This document shows positions 1 through 11,200 of a stretch of 64,000 nucleotides of DNA, one piece after another. The stretch lies in contig CBFFSA010000020.1 of assembly GCA_965644495.1 (NCBI GenBank), forward strand, positions 62,001 through 126,000, in the 5' to 3' direction. Each line of letters opens with the position of its first letter. Position 1 is the first letter of the stretch. This DNA is from Perkinsela sp. CCAP 1560/9 (Eukaryota; Protista; Euglenozoa: Kinetoplastea). Below the pieces are notes generated by a model that had not been told where the DNA came from, did no database searches, and saw only the letters and a program-made list of their open reading frames with translations. The position numbers and the translations under genes were made by a program.

Positions 1-2
1 CC

Positions 3-482
3 AGAGAATTTACCTCTTACACTTGCTCTGCATGTTCACAAGTGTTAAGCGAAGAAAACAAGATCGAACACGCGAAATTATGTCGGGGTGCAGCATTGCA
101 CCGATCAGGCCCTGACCTTGTGATATATTGGGCTTCTGGCGCGACGTACTATGACCTAACCGTGGTACATGAGCTATCACCTTCTTATGAAAGGGTATCA
201 GCACAAAAGGCGTTGCAGGACGCCATCGCTCGGAAGCATGCGAAATATGTAAAATCAACTATGTTGCGAAATGATCAATTTCAATGCCTCCCTATATTGT
301 CCTGCGGGGCTCTCCACAATAACACAAAATCTCTACTACAGCTCCTGGCGGAAAAGGTCTACCGCGAACCCAAGGCGATTCTGAATGATTTTGTGCTTCT
401 TCAACAGGAATTGAATGGAGCGATAGTTCAGGCGCAATTGCGTAGCTACTTACCGGATCCGAAAGATGAGTATGCTTATTAG
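3..482 (+). CDS. C-terminal restriction-like endonuclease region of a CRE-clade non-LTR retrotransposon (5'-partial, runs off window)
   Basis: Frame open from base 3 (REFTSYTCSAC...HAKLC...SGPDLVIYW...YYDLTVVHE), colinear with the C-termini of the ORFs ending at 7436 and 12268; 3' UTR ends in poly(A) at 568-579. Confidence 0.9.
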   Translation, partial: REFTSYTCSACSQVLSEENKIEHAKLCRGAALHRSGPDLVIYWASGATYYDLTVVHELSPSYERVSAQKALQDAIARKHAKYVKSTMLRNDQFQCLPILSCGALHNNTKSLLQLLAEKVYREPKAILNDFVLLQQELNGAIVQAQLRSYLPDPKDEYAY

Positions 483-689
483 AGTCGAGTCCGAGTCTGG
501 ACTTATTTGGTGGATAAGGTAGTAATAGGAAGAAGTGGAAAAGGTAGGAGGATAAATTAGGAATACGAAAAAAAAAAAAGCTTAAGGATCTACACCCGGA
601 GGGATAACGTCATTCATTGAATTCGTCGAGAGATTCAATCCAAGCTGCCCAAGTAAGAGGAACAACCGAAGAGTGACAGCAAAAAAAGT

Positions 690-790
690 GATTGTTTGAT
701 CAAAATTAAGAGTGGTCTTCTGTCTACGAATTTTTTCAACCGCCGTCGCGGCAAGCAGCTGAATCTCCTTCAAACCTGGAAGCCCCCTGG
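690..790 (+). pseudogene. Fragment of the N-terminal region of a CRE-clade ORF
   Basis: Translates KSDCLIKIKSGLLSTNFFNRRRGKQLNLLQT, matching KSDCKVTIKNALLSSNFFNRRNKQLNLLQT in the 3369-7436 protein. Confidence 0.8.
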
Positions 791-792
791 AA

Positions 793-1625
793 GCCCATGG
801 TATCGAGCGAAGGAAAGTCGCGGAAAAAGACAATACCCACCATGGTCGACGTCGCCTGCATTGGTAGTTTGAGATATTGTGAGTCAATATTTCCCCGTTT
901 GAAGTTTGATGAGCCGATTCTTATCATTGGATCTGTGTGTCGTTCGGCCCTCGAGCATTTAAAACCTTTTTCAGCTCGGTCCGTGCATCTCGCAGGTCAA
1001 ATGATATCGGAACGCAAATCTCAGAATGGTGAGACAGAGCCAGCGAACTTCATCTTTCGCAAACTTGTGATGTGCGAATTCATTCCAATCAACGTCTCAA
1101 AAATTGATTTCGAGCGCCTAAAACCCATTTCAGCTCAGTTGATTTGCGAGATTTTTTTGAAAAGTGTTTCGCGCCTCATAAACGCTAAAACGCCAAGGCA
1201 GCTGAAGGTCAATTTCCCACGAGAGCCCATGGTATCGAGCGAAGGAAAGTCGCGGAAAAAGACAATACCCACCATGGTCGACGTCGCCTGCATTGGTAGT
1301 TTGAGATATTGTGAGTCAATATTTCCCCGTTTGAAGTTTGATGAGCCGATTCTTATCATTGGATCTGTGTGTCGTTCGGTCCTTGAGCATTTAAAACCTT
1401 TTTCAGCTCGGTCCGTGCATCTCGCAGGTCAAATGATATCGGAATGCAAGTCTGAGAATGGCGGGACAGAGCCAGCCAACTTCATCTTTCGCAAACTTGT
1501 GATGTGCGAATTCATTCCATTCAAAGTCTCAAAAATTGATTTCGAGCGCCTAAAACCCATTTCAGCTCAGTTGATTTGCGAGATTTATTCGGAAAGTGTT
1601 TCGCGCCTCATAAACGCTAAAACGC
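793..1625. repeat. ~432-bp direct tandem duplication
   Basis: GCCCATGGTATCGAGCGAAGG at 793 and 1225; near-identical copies; short stutter duplications at both outer junctions. Confidence 0.9.
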
Positions 1626-1677
1626 GCATATCAACTGGGTCATATCAATTAACTGGGTCATATCAACTGGGTCATTA

Positions 1678-2120
1678 TGATGGACTTGAGAATGCCGATT
1701 TGTTGATTCAAATAAACAGTCTAGCACAGGAAATAAACAAGAAACATGAAATTCTAGTTGTCAAAGTCAGAGCACATTGTGGTAATTCAAGGAATGAACA
1801 TGTGGACCAAATTGCAAAGGAAAGTGCAACATCTGAGTCTATAAGCGTCGCGGAGCCCTATATGAATATATGGAGTATCATTCTGGCACAGCAGCACAAA
1901 ACATCGATGGCTCCGTCAATTTCGTCTGAACGGCAGCATCCAACAAACATATCGCCTGTGAATATTGCGTGTAAACATCCGTGTAAAGATAAAAGAACGT
2001 GTGGTCATAAGTGTTGCAAGCGACATTTGTGAATAGCATTGAAAGGTTATTAATTTAGTGACATAATCGAGGACTCTTAGCCACTTATAACACAGTGGTG
2101 TATTATTATTATTATTATTA
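1678..2120 (+). pseudogene. 3' end of an RNase H-bearing LINE (RNase H C-terminus, Cys/His cluster, 3' UTR, (TAT)n tail)
   Basis: ENADL...VKVRAHCGNSRNEHVDQIAK is the RNase H1 C-terminal motif; CKHPCKDKRTCGHKCCK precedes the stop at 2032; (TAT)n at 2101-2120. Confidence 0.75.
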
Positions 2121-2501
2121 TTTCAATGTATATTTGCTTCGCGTGAAGGAATCACTAAGGCGCAACAAGAACTCCTTGCGTTCTTCTTCCGAAACAGTTG
2201 CCGTTGGAGCGTACACGTTGTATATCGCGGCTTGGAAAGGCTTCATGTCAATTTGAGCATATGCTATTCTCTCTGAAACGCTGACGATACGATCTATCGC
2301 AAACCGACTGATGAACATCAGTCCGCCGTACCCATTTTTGGCAGACAAGAAGTATAAGAAGAATTTAGTAGTCCCAATTCGAATTGTTCGAAACAGTGAC
2401 TCCGCGCATGTAAAGCGAGTTTCCTGTAGGCAGCAGATCTGTATGTCACGTAAAACGAGCAGCCGAAGAAGATGTGTGATATGAAGACTCACACACAACA
2501 A
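2118..2501 (-). pseudogene. Apurinic-type (APE) endonuclease fragment of a non-LTR retrotransposon
   Basis: DIQICCLQETR...GYGGLMFIS...VSERIAY...IYNVYAPT are APE/EEP domain motifs; truncated. Confidence 0.8.
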
Positions 2502-3040
2502 AAAAACATTGTTCGATACAAAAAAAATGAAATACGATAGGAAGAAGTGGAAAAGGTAGGAGGATAAAAAAAAAGCGTTTGAAGAGTAGATGTGTCTACG
2601 TTGTAGGGGATGGTGTCTGTTTCATTATGGAGTATTGTACGATACTTGCCCTGAGATGAATGTTCACAGACAGTGACACATGTGCCGCGCTGTTTGAATC
2701 AGCTTGTGAGCATCAAAGCCACAACGCTCGAGAAACACACATGCACTCATCTCCTTTTTCGTTTGGCATTTGACACGTTTTTCAGTTTTTTGTTCTAAAA
2801 GTGACGTTCGATTTGGGGTGGTGTGGATCGCGCTTTGGAGCCAGGAAGTCGTGCGAGGCTGTCGGCTATCCGAACGGCGGCTTCTCGAATCTTGTCCCGC
2901 TGGGAGGTGCAGAATGGCATCGGAGAGATGAAAATAAATCAAGCACGATTAGATTCATACGGACGAATTCTTAGCTGGAGAGAATGGTGGAAAACTGTTC
3001 ACTCGATCTTGATCAGTTCCTTGTGGTAGAGACTCGGAAG

Positions 3041-3121
3041 GCGTCTATACCCAAGTGGTTAAGGGGCCTGACTTGAAATCAGGTGTGTTCTCACGCGCAG
3101 GTTCAAACCCTGCTGGGCGCG
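3041..3121 (+). tRNA. tRNA-Ser(TGA), intact
   Basis: Cloverleaf GCGTCTA/TGGGCGC, CCTGA-CTTGAAA-TCAGG, long variable arm, GCAGG-TTCAAAC-CCTGC, G discriminator, TTTT downstream. Confidence 0.93.
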
Positions 3122-3325
3122 TTTTCCTTCCACAAGCGTTGTCAAATCATATTCAGCGCGGGATACCAACTACGCCCGCACCGCTCTTCTTCTCTCTTCT
3201 TCTTCTTCTATTCCGCGCGGAGTTTTTTTGAAAAGGTGTGATGCCCAGCGGCGCGGCACCCGTCGTGGGAACGCACGCTCCGCATAAAAGACGTTGTTCT
3301 GAATCTCGAGGCGGTTTTACCCACA

Positions 3326-6300
3326 CACTGTACCTTGTTGATTTATTTTCTATTACTTTCTCACTTTCATGGGCATGTTCACGCGGAGCCGGGCGAAAGA
3401 AACGGGAGTAGCTCCCGTCGTACAGCCTCTACCTCCGACCCGTCGCAGGAAGAAAACAATTGAGGAGAAACCGCCTGAGGCTCCGTCCGAACCGAGCGCT
3501 TCTCCTTCGCCGCCCCCGCCGCCCCCGCCGCCCTCACCACCCACGACTTTGTCCACTGAAACTCCGTCTCTTCCATCGCCCGTCCCCGCCGCATCGCGGT
3601 CACCTACTTCACCGCCACTTCCGCCGCCACTACCGCCGCCATCACCACCATCAACGCCATCTGAGTGTCCACAATCTCCTCCTCCGTCGATGCGTCGATC
3701 GCCGACCCCACTGCCGAAAAGTGACTGCAAAGTCACAATTAAGAACGCACTGCTGTCTTCAAATTTCTTCAATCGGCGAAACAAACAACTCAACCTTCTT
3801 CAGACAAGAGCTGACAAAGTGTCGCAAGACGAGAGCCCAACCATTCGTCACCCAGAAGGATGCATCAAAATAAGAACGAACACCGCTCGGAACACAGCAT
3901 TTACGAACTGGAGCAAGGAACCAACGTACGCTCAGGCGGCCACCCCTCCACCAAAAGATCCCACTACTCTGGATGAACTCGTTTTACGACCGTTAAATCC
4001 GTCGGCCGTTGCCATGGACAGTTACCGTAAGAAGGCTAAAGTTCTGCAGGATGCTATCATCCAAAAGGAAAACGAGCACAACAAGAGTACAAAGAACGTC
4101 CAGGAAAACGGACGCGTACAAAACAACGAACCGATTCAGTACGGCGAAATTGCGCCCAACGGCGACGAAGGTTTCCGACCTGACACATCGAGCGAAATAC
4201 AGGTAATTAGCACGACTCCGGGCCCCAAAACCAAGGAGTATGGAAGTAACACCGAGTTCTACGACTGCATCACGCCAGACACACAAGAAAAGGACAAACC
4301 AACCGAAACAACAAATCAAGTCATCAGGATACTTTATAGCGAAGGAAATCCGGAACAAGACAACCACATCGGTGGCATCATAAAATCGATAAATCCAGAC
4401 ACCGAATTCCCCATTCCTTTCGAGCGCATACAGAAGTCTTGTTCTTCAATAAAAAAAGGAACCAAATGCACAGTGGCGTGGACATTCGATAAACAAACCG
4501 CCTTGAACATCTCCGAAGGAACCGTAACACGATCCGCGAATCGGACCGGGGCGTCGAAACTACATTTGAGCTATAAAGGTCTGTTCGGCCATCGTGCAGA
4601 AGAAAGTTTTCCAGGTTTTCTTCCTCCGCAAGAAAATATCCGTGTATATCAGATCCGTTGGTACAGAGCTCCTCCAGCCATTGACGAGAACCTTCCTATT
4701 GAGACCCGCGAAGAAACACATGTTAAAAAGGCCAGAGCGCTTAAGCTGGACACAGGAGCTGAAGACGTAGACCATCTCCCAATTCCAACCGCGAAAACCA
4801 TTAGTCCTGATTTTATCTCCAGTGTGATTGCCATATACAGGGACATCATGCACATCTATGCAGAAAGCGACTACGTACAAAGAAATCAAATTTGGAATAA
4901 AGTTTTGTCTGCAATGAAACTTTCATTAGCTTCTGTGCGTCAAGCCAATAGTAGACAACGGCGGCGAAGACCCATACAACAAGAGACAGTTGAACACAAT
5001 CAATCAGAAGACGAGTTTTTTCATGAGGACAAGCGAGCAATCAAACGGGCCACTCGTTTGGTGCTAGAAAACTGTACATCGAAGGCTTCAAGGATTTTGG
5101 ACTGTTCTTTTCAGAAGAGCACGTTGACTGATCAAGAAAAAGTCCAAAAACTACGTGCACTTCATCCAGAACAAAACTGCAATTTCAAAGTTCCGGAAGA
5201 TGCACCGATTATCGCAGGAATAGCCGTACAAGAATTAAGATGTGCAAGTAGACGACTGGCAAAAGGTGTGAGCCCTGGGCCTACAGGTACGACCGACAGC
5301 ATCGTAAGACTTCTCATAGACGACGAGCCATGTTGCAATAGCCTTTGTCACATGATGAGCGATCTGATCAACGGATTCCTATCTAGACAAGTTCTACAGC
5401 GTCTAAATCGGGCAAGACTCGTAGCCATCGACAAGCCCAACGGGGGAGTACGCCCAGTAGCTATTGGAGAAATATTTAGCAAATTAGCTGGAATAATTCT
5501 GCTGCAAAGATACGAAAAGTCACTAGAACCCCTCTTTGCACCAATGCAACAAGGCGTATTCTCTCAAGCGGGGTGCGAACGAATCGTACACAAGTTGCGG
5601 GACCGCTGGCTTGACGGACACTCAATCCTGACTGTGGATATGCAAAATGCATTCAACTCACCCTCACGAGAGGAAATTGCAAAGTGCGTTTTTGCTTTCG
5701 CTACACTGAAACCCTTTCAAAGGTTCTTTGCGGCCGAATATTCAAATGCTTCCGAACTTTTATTTTATGGCTCCGATGGCAGCCTGACGGACATTATAAT
5801 GAGCTCAGCAGGTGTACGGCAAGGGTCCGCTCTGGCTAGTCTTTACTTTTGCGTATTCTGTCAACCAATACTCGAGACACTGGCCTCCGAATTTCCAGGT
5901 ATTGAAATAAATGCATACATTGACGATATAACGTTAGTGTCTCGAGATTCAACCGAACTGGAGAAAGCATTCTTTAGGCTCAAAGGTCTCCTAGAAGAAA
6001 AACAGGTGAAACTAGCCGAGGCAAAATGCGTTTGGTTCAGAGGAAAATCCGGAAATTCCATACCGAATTCGCTGAGCACCCAAGGTGTAAAGTCGGAGGA
6101 CGAAGCGGTCAAAGTACTCGGAGCGTATATTGGAGAAAACAACACAATAAGTGAACGACTTTTGCGTCAACTAGAGAAGCAGGTCACAGCTTTTCGGCGG
6201 CTAAAACGAATGGGCATCAATAATATATCGATGATTCTTTTAGCAAAATGTGCCAATGTTCGTCAACAATACCTGATTCGTGTTCACCCGCCCGAAACAA

Positions 6301-7623
6301 CAGAGAAAGCATCAACACAATTCGATCAAGAGGTTGAAAATGTGGTAGAGACTTGGATTGGTCCACTCTCTCCTGATCAAATGAAAATTGTACGATTACC
6401 CGTTAAGAAGGGAGGAATGGGTTTGACAGCGAGCAGTCCCCTTAGGGAGACGGCATATGTGGCATCCCGCTACTCGGTTCTTGAGCGCCGAAACTCTTTT
6501 TCAGCTCGGATCGACAACGCGGTGCCATCACACCCGTCTATTCCTAAGAACTCGACAATGAAAGTCATACCAGTGGACGAAAAAGCTTCCACCAGCATTC
6601 ATCATGTCGAAGTATTGAAAGAGTTGCAAACGGATCCCGACATTAAGCCCATTCTACAAGCCACATCCTTCAAAGGAAACAGCGACTGGATCCTTTCCAA
6701 CGCGAAGTACATCCCTTCCCATCTCTTCAAACTCGCGATTATGCCACGACTAAATGCCCAACACCCAGATCTACCTACCAGTCTATTGTGTCCAGGGTGC
6801 GGTATTCTCCTCAATAACCGAAACGCCCTCACCCATATCCCAGGCTGTGCTCAATGTTCAGGTATAAATACGACCGTGAAACATAACTCACTTGTCGGAT
6901 TTTTACATCGTCTATGCGTGAAAGCAGGCATCCCATGTGAAACGGAACCTAGAAACTTTTCTACGTGGAAGTGCATCGCTTGCCGATCCACAATCAGTCC
7001 GGAAAACCAGTTGGTACATCAGAAGACTTGTGCAGGAAAAAAACTTTGTCGGTCTGGCCCCGATCTCGTGATCTATTGGAACACGGGTGCGGTCTTCTAT
7101 GATCTGACAGTTATTCACGAACTCTCAATGTCTAATCGTGGAAAGAAATGCACACAGTTCATGAATGACGCGCTGCAGCGAAAGTCCAACACATATGTAC
7201 GTACGAACTTAATTCGTGAAGACTCATTTCAATGTTTACCCGTACTGGCAGGAGGCGCTTTGCACCGCAATACGCAGAACTTGGTACACTCGCTAGCAGA
7301 CGCGGCCATGCTAAACAGGAAACAGGTCGAACTCGAAATGAAGCTGACGATTCAGGAGCTTAATGGATTAGGGATTTATGCGCAGCTAAAGAAATACTTA
7401 GACGGCTGCACGCAAACTCAAGAATATAGTATATAAGTTCTAAACACAATATCACTATAAGCTGAGTCAGCTTATAAAATTATATAGATTTCATTTTCGG
7501 GATAGTTTCTCTTTGAAAATTGAGAGAAGGGGGGAAGGTGAACATGTCTCACATTTGATAGTAATCGGCGCGTATATAATATATGCGCTCCACGGGCTAA
7601 AAAAAAAACCAGATCTTTGATTG
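3326..7623 (+). mobile_element. CRE/SLACS-clade non-LTR retrotransposon, copy A (intact ORF)
   Basis: Interrupts the array unit; CCCACA duplicated at 3320-3325 and 7624-7629; poly(A) at 7599-7608; uninterrupted site TTTTACCCACAGAAG seen near 15010 and 17290. Confidence 0.9.
3369..7436 (+). CDS. Reverse transcriptase + CCHC + restriction-like endonuclease polyprotein, 1355 aa
   Basis: SPGPTG, KPNGGVRPVAIGE, DMQNAFNS, GVRQGS, YIDD, RLPVKKGGMG, CPGC..H...C, KHN, EP, PDL...YDLT; Pro-rich N-terminus. Confidence 0.95.
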   Translation: MGMFTRSRAKETGVAPVVQPLPPTRRRKKTIEEKPPEAPSEPSASPSPPPPPPPPSPPTTLSTETPSLPSPVPAASRSPTSPPLPPPLPPPSPPSTPSECPQSPPPSMRRSPTPLPKSDCKVTIKNALLSSNFFNRRNKQLNLLQTRADKVSQDESPTIRHPEGCIKIRTNTARNTAFTNWSKEPTYAQAATPPPKDPTTLDELVLRPLNPSAVAMDSYRKKAKVLQDAIIQKENEHNKSTKNVQENGRVQNNEPIQYGEIAPNGDEGFRPDTSSEIQVISTTPGPKTKEYGSNTEFYDCITPDTQEKDKPTETTNQVIRILYSEGNPEQDNHIGGIIKSINPDTEFPIPFERIQKSCSSIKKGTKCTVAWTFDKQTALNISEGTVTRSANRTGASKLHLSYKGLFGHRAEESFPGFLPPQENIRVYQIRWYRAPPAIDENLPIETREETHVKKARALKLDTGAEDVDHLPIPTAKTISPDFISSVIAIYRDIMHIYAESDYVQRNQIWNKVLSAMKLSLASVRQANSRQRRRRPIQQETVEHNQSEDEFFHEDKRAIKRATRLVLENCTSKASRILDCSFQKSTLTDQEKVQKLRALHPEQNCNFKVPEDAPIIAGIAVQELRCASRRLAKGVSPGPTGTTDSIVRLLIDDEPCCNSLCHMMSDLINGFLSRQVLQRLNRARLVAIDKPNGGVRPVAIGEIFSKLAGIILLQRYEKSLEPLFAPMQQGVFSQAGCERIVHKLRDRWLDGHSILTVDMQNAFNSPSREEIAKCVFAFATLKPFQRFFAAEYSNASELLFYGSDGSLTDIIMSSAGVRQGSALASLYFCVFCQPILETLASEFPGIEINAYIDDITLVSRDSTELEKAFFRLKGLLEEKQVKLAEAKCVWFRGKSGNSIPNSLSTQGVKSEDEAVKVLGAYIGENNTISERLLRQLEKQVTAFRRLKRMGINNISMILLAKCANVRQQYLIRVHPPETTEKASTQFDQEVENVVETWIGPLSPDQMKIVRLPVKKGGMGLTASSPLRETAYVASRYSVLERRNSFSARIDNAVPSHPSIPKNSTMKVIPVDEKASTSIHHVEVLKELQTDPDIKPILQATSFKGNSDWILSNAKYIPSHLFKLAIMPRLNAQHPDLPTSLLCPGCGILLNNRNALTHIPGCAQCSGINTTVKHNSLVGFLHRLCVKAGIPCETEPRNFSTWKCIACRSTISPENQLVHQKTCAGKKLCRSGPDLVIYWNTGAVFYDLTVIHELSMSNRGKKCTQFMNDALQRKSNTYVRTNLIREDSFQCLPVLAGGALHRNTQNLVHSLADAAMLNRKQVELEMKLTIQELNGLGIYAQLKKYLDGCTQTQEYSI

Positions 7624-8228
7624 CCCACAGAAGCTGCATTCGCAGGCCTTTCAGTGCAATTTTCGCCGGGACAGCCCACAGAAAACACCCTTTACCTGAG
7701 AGAGGTGCATTTGGGAACGTGAATACGAAACGAGCGAACAGATCACCCGCCCACAAAATCGTGGAGCATCGAGTGTCGCCGAGTAAATTGAAAGGTGTGA
7801 TGGAGAAACAGGCGGAATGAGGTGGAATACAATGGTGTGCTGCATGGCGAGGTTGTGGTGTTTGTTTGCGCTGTTGGGGGTAGAGGTGTCTAGTTTGGTG
7901 TGAATTTGTTATCGCATTGGATGTTTCTGTGAAAATCATATTTTCCGGAGTAAGCATACGGTGGGGTGGGGGATACAATGGTGCGCTGCGTGGTGCGTCG
8001 GGTGTGCTTGTTGTGGCGTTTGAAGAGTAGATGTGTCTACGTTGTAGGGGATGGTGTCTGTTTCATTATGGAGTATTGTACGATACTTGCCCTGTACCTT
8101 GTTGTACCTTGTTGTATTAATTACTAAAAACATACCCCCCATGCGCCCCTTCAACCCACCCCCCTCCCAGAGGAAAACTCCCTCGTATCACCGCCCCTTT
8201 GTGGCCGACGTCGCCCCCTTCACCCTGC

Positions 8229-11200
8229 ACAAGTCAGGGCATTCGACTTTTGTCGGATGATGGGGCGTAGCGACCCCAGCTTCCCTAGCTAACTCACCCG
8301 GCGTCGCACAACAAGACGCTACATACCTAGGGTGGGTACGATCAAGGCCCCGCGGATGACACTACCCGGTGCCAGCAAAACAAGGCACAAAATAACTAGG
8401 GCGATCGATCGGCACACCCTCGTCAGAAGAACCCTCGATCCGGACCCGAGATGCCCCACCCGGACCCCAGGTGCCACCTCCGTCGCCGTTAGCACAGCTA
8501 CCAACGCCCCTTCATCCGCCACAGAACCCAAAGAAGAAAGTTTTCATCTTCCCGTCATACAGCCCACCCTCGTCACCGCATCCTCCAGCGCCGCAGTCAA
8601 TGCCAGTATCACCGAGTAAATCTCGCACGCGACGAGTCAAGATCATTGGACCCTCATGTGACATTTCAGCGACGGACTTCCACCGAATGCGCAAAGTGCA
8701 AGACGATCGTAGCAAACAAAGATCACCCCCCAAAGCACCAGTACTAAAACAGCATCTGCCGATTCCGAACAGTAAGACACGCAAGGATATAAATGAGCCA
8801 GAAGCGTGGAGCAGTAGATTAAGGAAAACGTGTGTCACGGCGGCGAATGCCATCTCAACAGCGACGAATGTCATGTCCGAAGCCATATTCAATTCTGAAA
8901 AAGCATCGGAACACCATGACATTGCACCGACCCCCCTAGCGTTCGATACGCCATCTGATTCCTCGACTTCCGAGAGTTCAACAAACGGCAGCACGGAAAT
9001 TGCGAATGGAAAGGATGATAGCAATGATACGGGGCAGACGGAAAGCCCAGGGCGTGAAAGAGGGGAGGTGTCTTTCTTTGAGTGCGAGGATACGGCCGGG
9101 AACATGAGCGAGGATATGACAGAGAACATGGGCGGAGACGCACAAAACGCTCATCGTATTGCGGAACGCAGCGCCGTTCTGTTCGTAGGCAGCGGCGTCG
9201 AACAAGCACGGGACAGAGCTCTAAATCTCATGCAAAACACGAAGCCCATATCCCAGTTCCCTTTATCCCCTGAAGAGATATGGCTAAAGTCGAACATGGT
9301 GAAAAAGGGAACTGCATGTACGGTAGCGTGGACTTGGGACCGACAAGTAACGCTCAACGTGTCTCTTGGGAAGGTAACTAAAACTTATAAGCGCGGAGGG
9401 AAAGGGAAGCTGAACATAACCTACAATGGCTTACACGGACACAAAACAGGAGAGGAGTTCAGCGGATCCCTGCCACCGCAAGAAAACGTTCGCGTGTACC
9501 AAGTTTTGTGGCATTGCGCACCACCTCCTATCGACTATGCTTCACCAGAAAATGCAACTCAAGAGTGTATTTCAATGGGAGAAGCCACACGTGCACCGGA
9601 AGAGGACGTCGATCACCTACCGATACCAACCGCCCGAAACTTCTCACCAGACTTCATTCCATGCGTGCTCGCCACCTATCGTGACATAATTAGTACATAT
9701 GGGAAAAGCGATTATCCTGTGAGGAACAAGATTTGGAATCAAATGATGTCTGCGATGAAATTGTCCCTTGCAACTGTAAGACTTGCGAATGGGAGACGAC
9801 GAAGGAGAACGCCCATAAATTCACAAAAAGCCGAAGGAGAGGACAGAACGGATGCAGACCTTGATAGCTCGACGGGCGACAGACGAGCGATCAAAAAGGC
9901 GATACGGCTAGTCCTGGAAGGGTGTACTTCCAAAGCGACTAAGGTGCTTGATCAACCCTTTCGACGACTAGAGCTTTCTGACGAACAAGTGTTGGAAAAG
10001 TTGCAGGCACTGCACCCGAAAAACGAATATAAAATTCATCTTCCGGAAGCAGCCCCAATAATCGCTGGTATCTCGGTGGAGGAGCTGAGGGCAGCTGGGC
10101 GACGGCTCAGCAAAGGCGTGAGCCCAGGTCCCACGGGAACGACGGATAGCGTTCTTCGACTTCTTCTCGACGATGAAGTGTGTTGCTTGAACCTTTGCCA
10201 CATGATCGCCGACTTAATAAACGGTTTTGTATCTCGTGAAGTACTACAACGCCTAAACAGGGCCCGACTAATTGCCATACCAAAAGCGGACGGGGGAGTT
10301 CGCCCAGTTGCGATGGGCGAAGTGTTTGGAAAGCTAGCCGGCATAGTCTTGTTCCAAAGGTACGAAAACGCGCTTGAGCCGCTATTCGCCCCTATGCAAC
10401 AAGGTATTATGGCAAAGGCAGGTTGCGAAAAAATTGTCCACACGCTGCATGAACGATACTGCGAAGGTCAGTCGATCCTCTCGGTTGATCTAAAAAATGC
10501 TTTCAACTCACCGTCACGGGCCGACATCGCGAAACATGTATTTGGACTCTCAACTCTTCAGCCCTTTCAACGTTTCTTCCTAGCCGAGTATGCTGAAGCC
10601 TCTGAATTGCTGTTTTAAGGAAGTGAGGGCACGCTCGCAGGAAAAGTTCTTAGCGAAGCCGGAGTACGACAAGGTTCGCCACTTTCGACGCTGTATTTTT
10701 GTGCATATCTCCAACCGATCCTCGAAACCCTGGCAGCTGAACATCCAGAGATCGAAATCCATGCATACATAGACGACATCAATCTCACGTCACATACGCC
10801 TTCCGAGATAGCAAAAGCGTTTGAACGCCTGAAAGCATTACTGGCAGAGAGCAGCATTGAGCTCTCCGCTCAGAAATGTGTATGGTTCGGCGGACTGCAA
10901 GGTACAGAGATGCCAACGAGCTTGAAGGAAGTGGGGGTCCGGAATGAAGAAGACGCTACCAAAATTCTTGGAGCGTTTATAGGGAAGGAGGAAACGATAA
11001 GTGAGAAGTTACTACAGCGAGTCGACAAACACAAGGACATATTCAGACGACTGAAATCGATGGGCATGAGCAACGCATCGCTTATAATCCTGTCGAAGTG
11101 TGTCAATGTACGACAGCAATTTCACATGAGAGTGCACAGCCCAGCGGCCACCGAAAAATGCGCACAGCTCTTCGACAATCAAGTGGAAGAAGTCCTAGAA

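Noticed and set aside
797-2032. 411-aa ORF as a real gene
   Set aside because: Chance read-through of a duplicated segment into an RNase H fragment; mosaic junctions inside it
3369-7436. Group II intron, retron or other bacterial RT system
   Set aside because: RLE domain, poly(A) tail and TSD identify a eukaryotic non-LTR element
8254-8280. Hammerhead ribozyme at CGGATGA + stem
   Set aside because: Core is CGGATGA rather than CTGATGA, and no GAAA follows stem II
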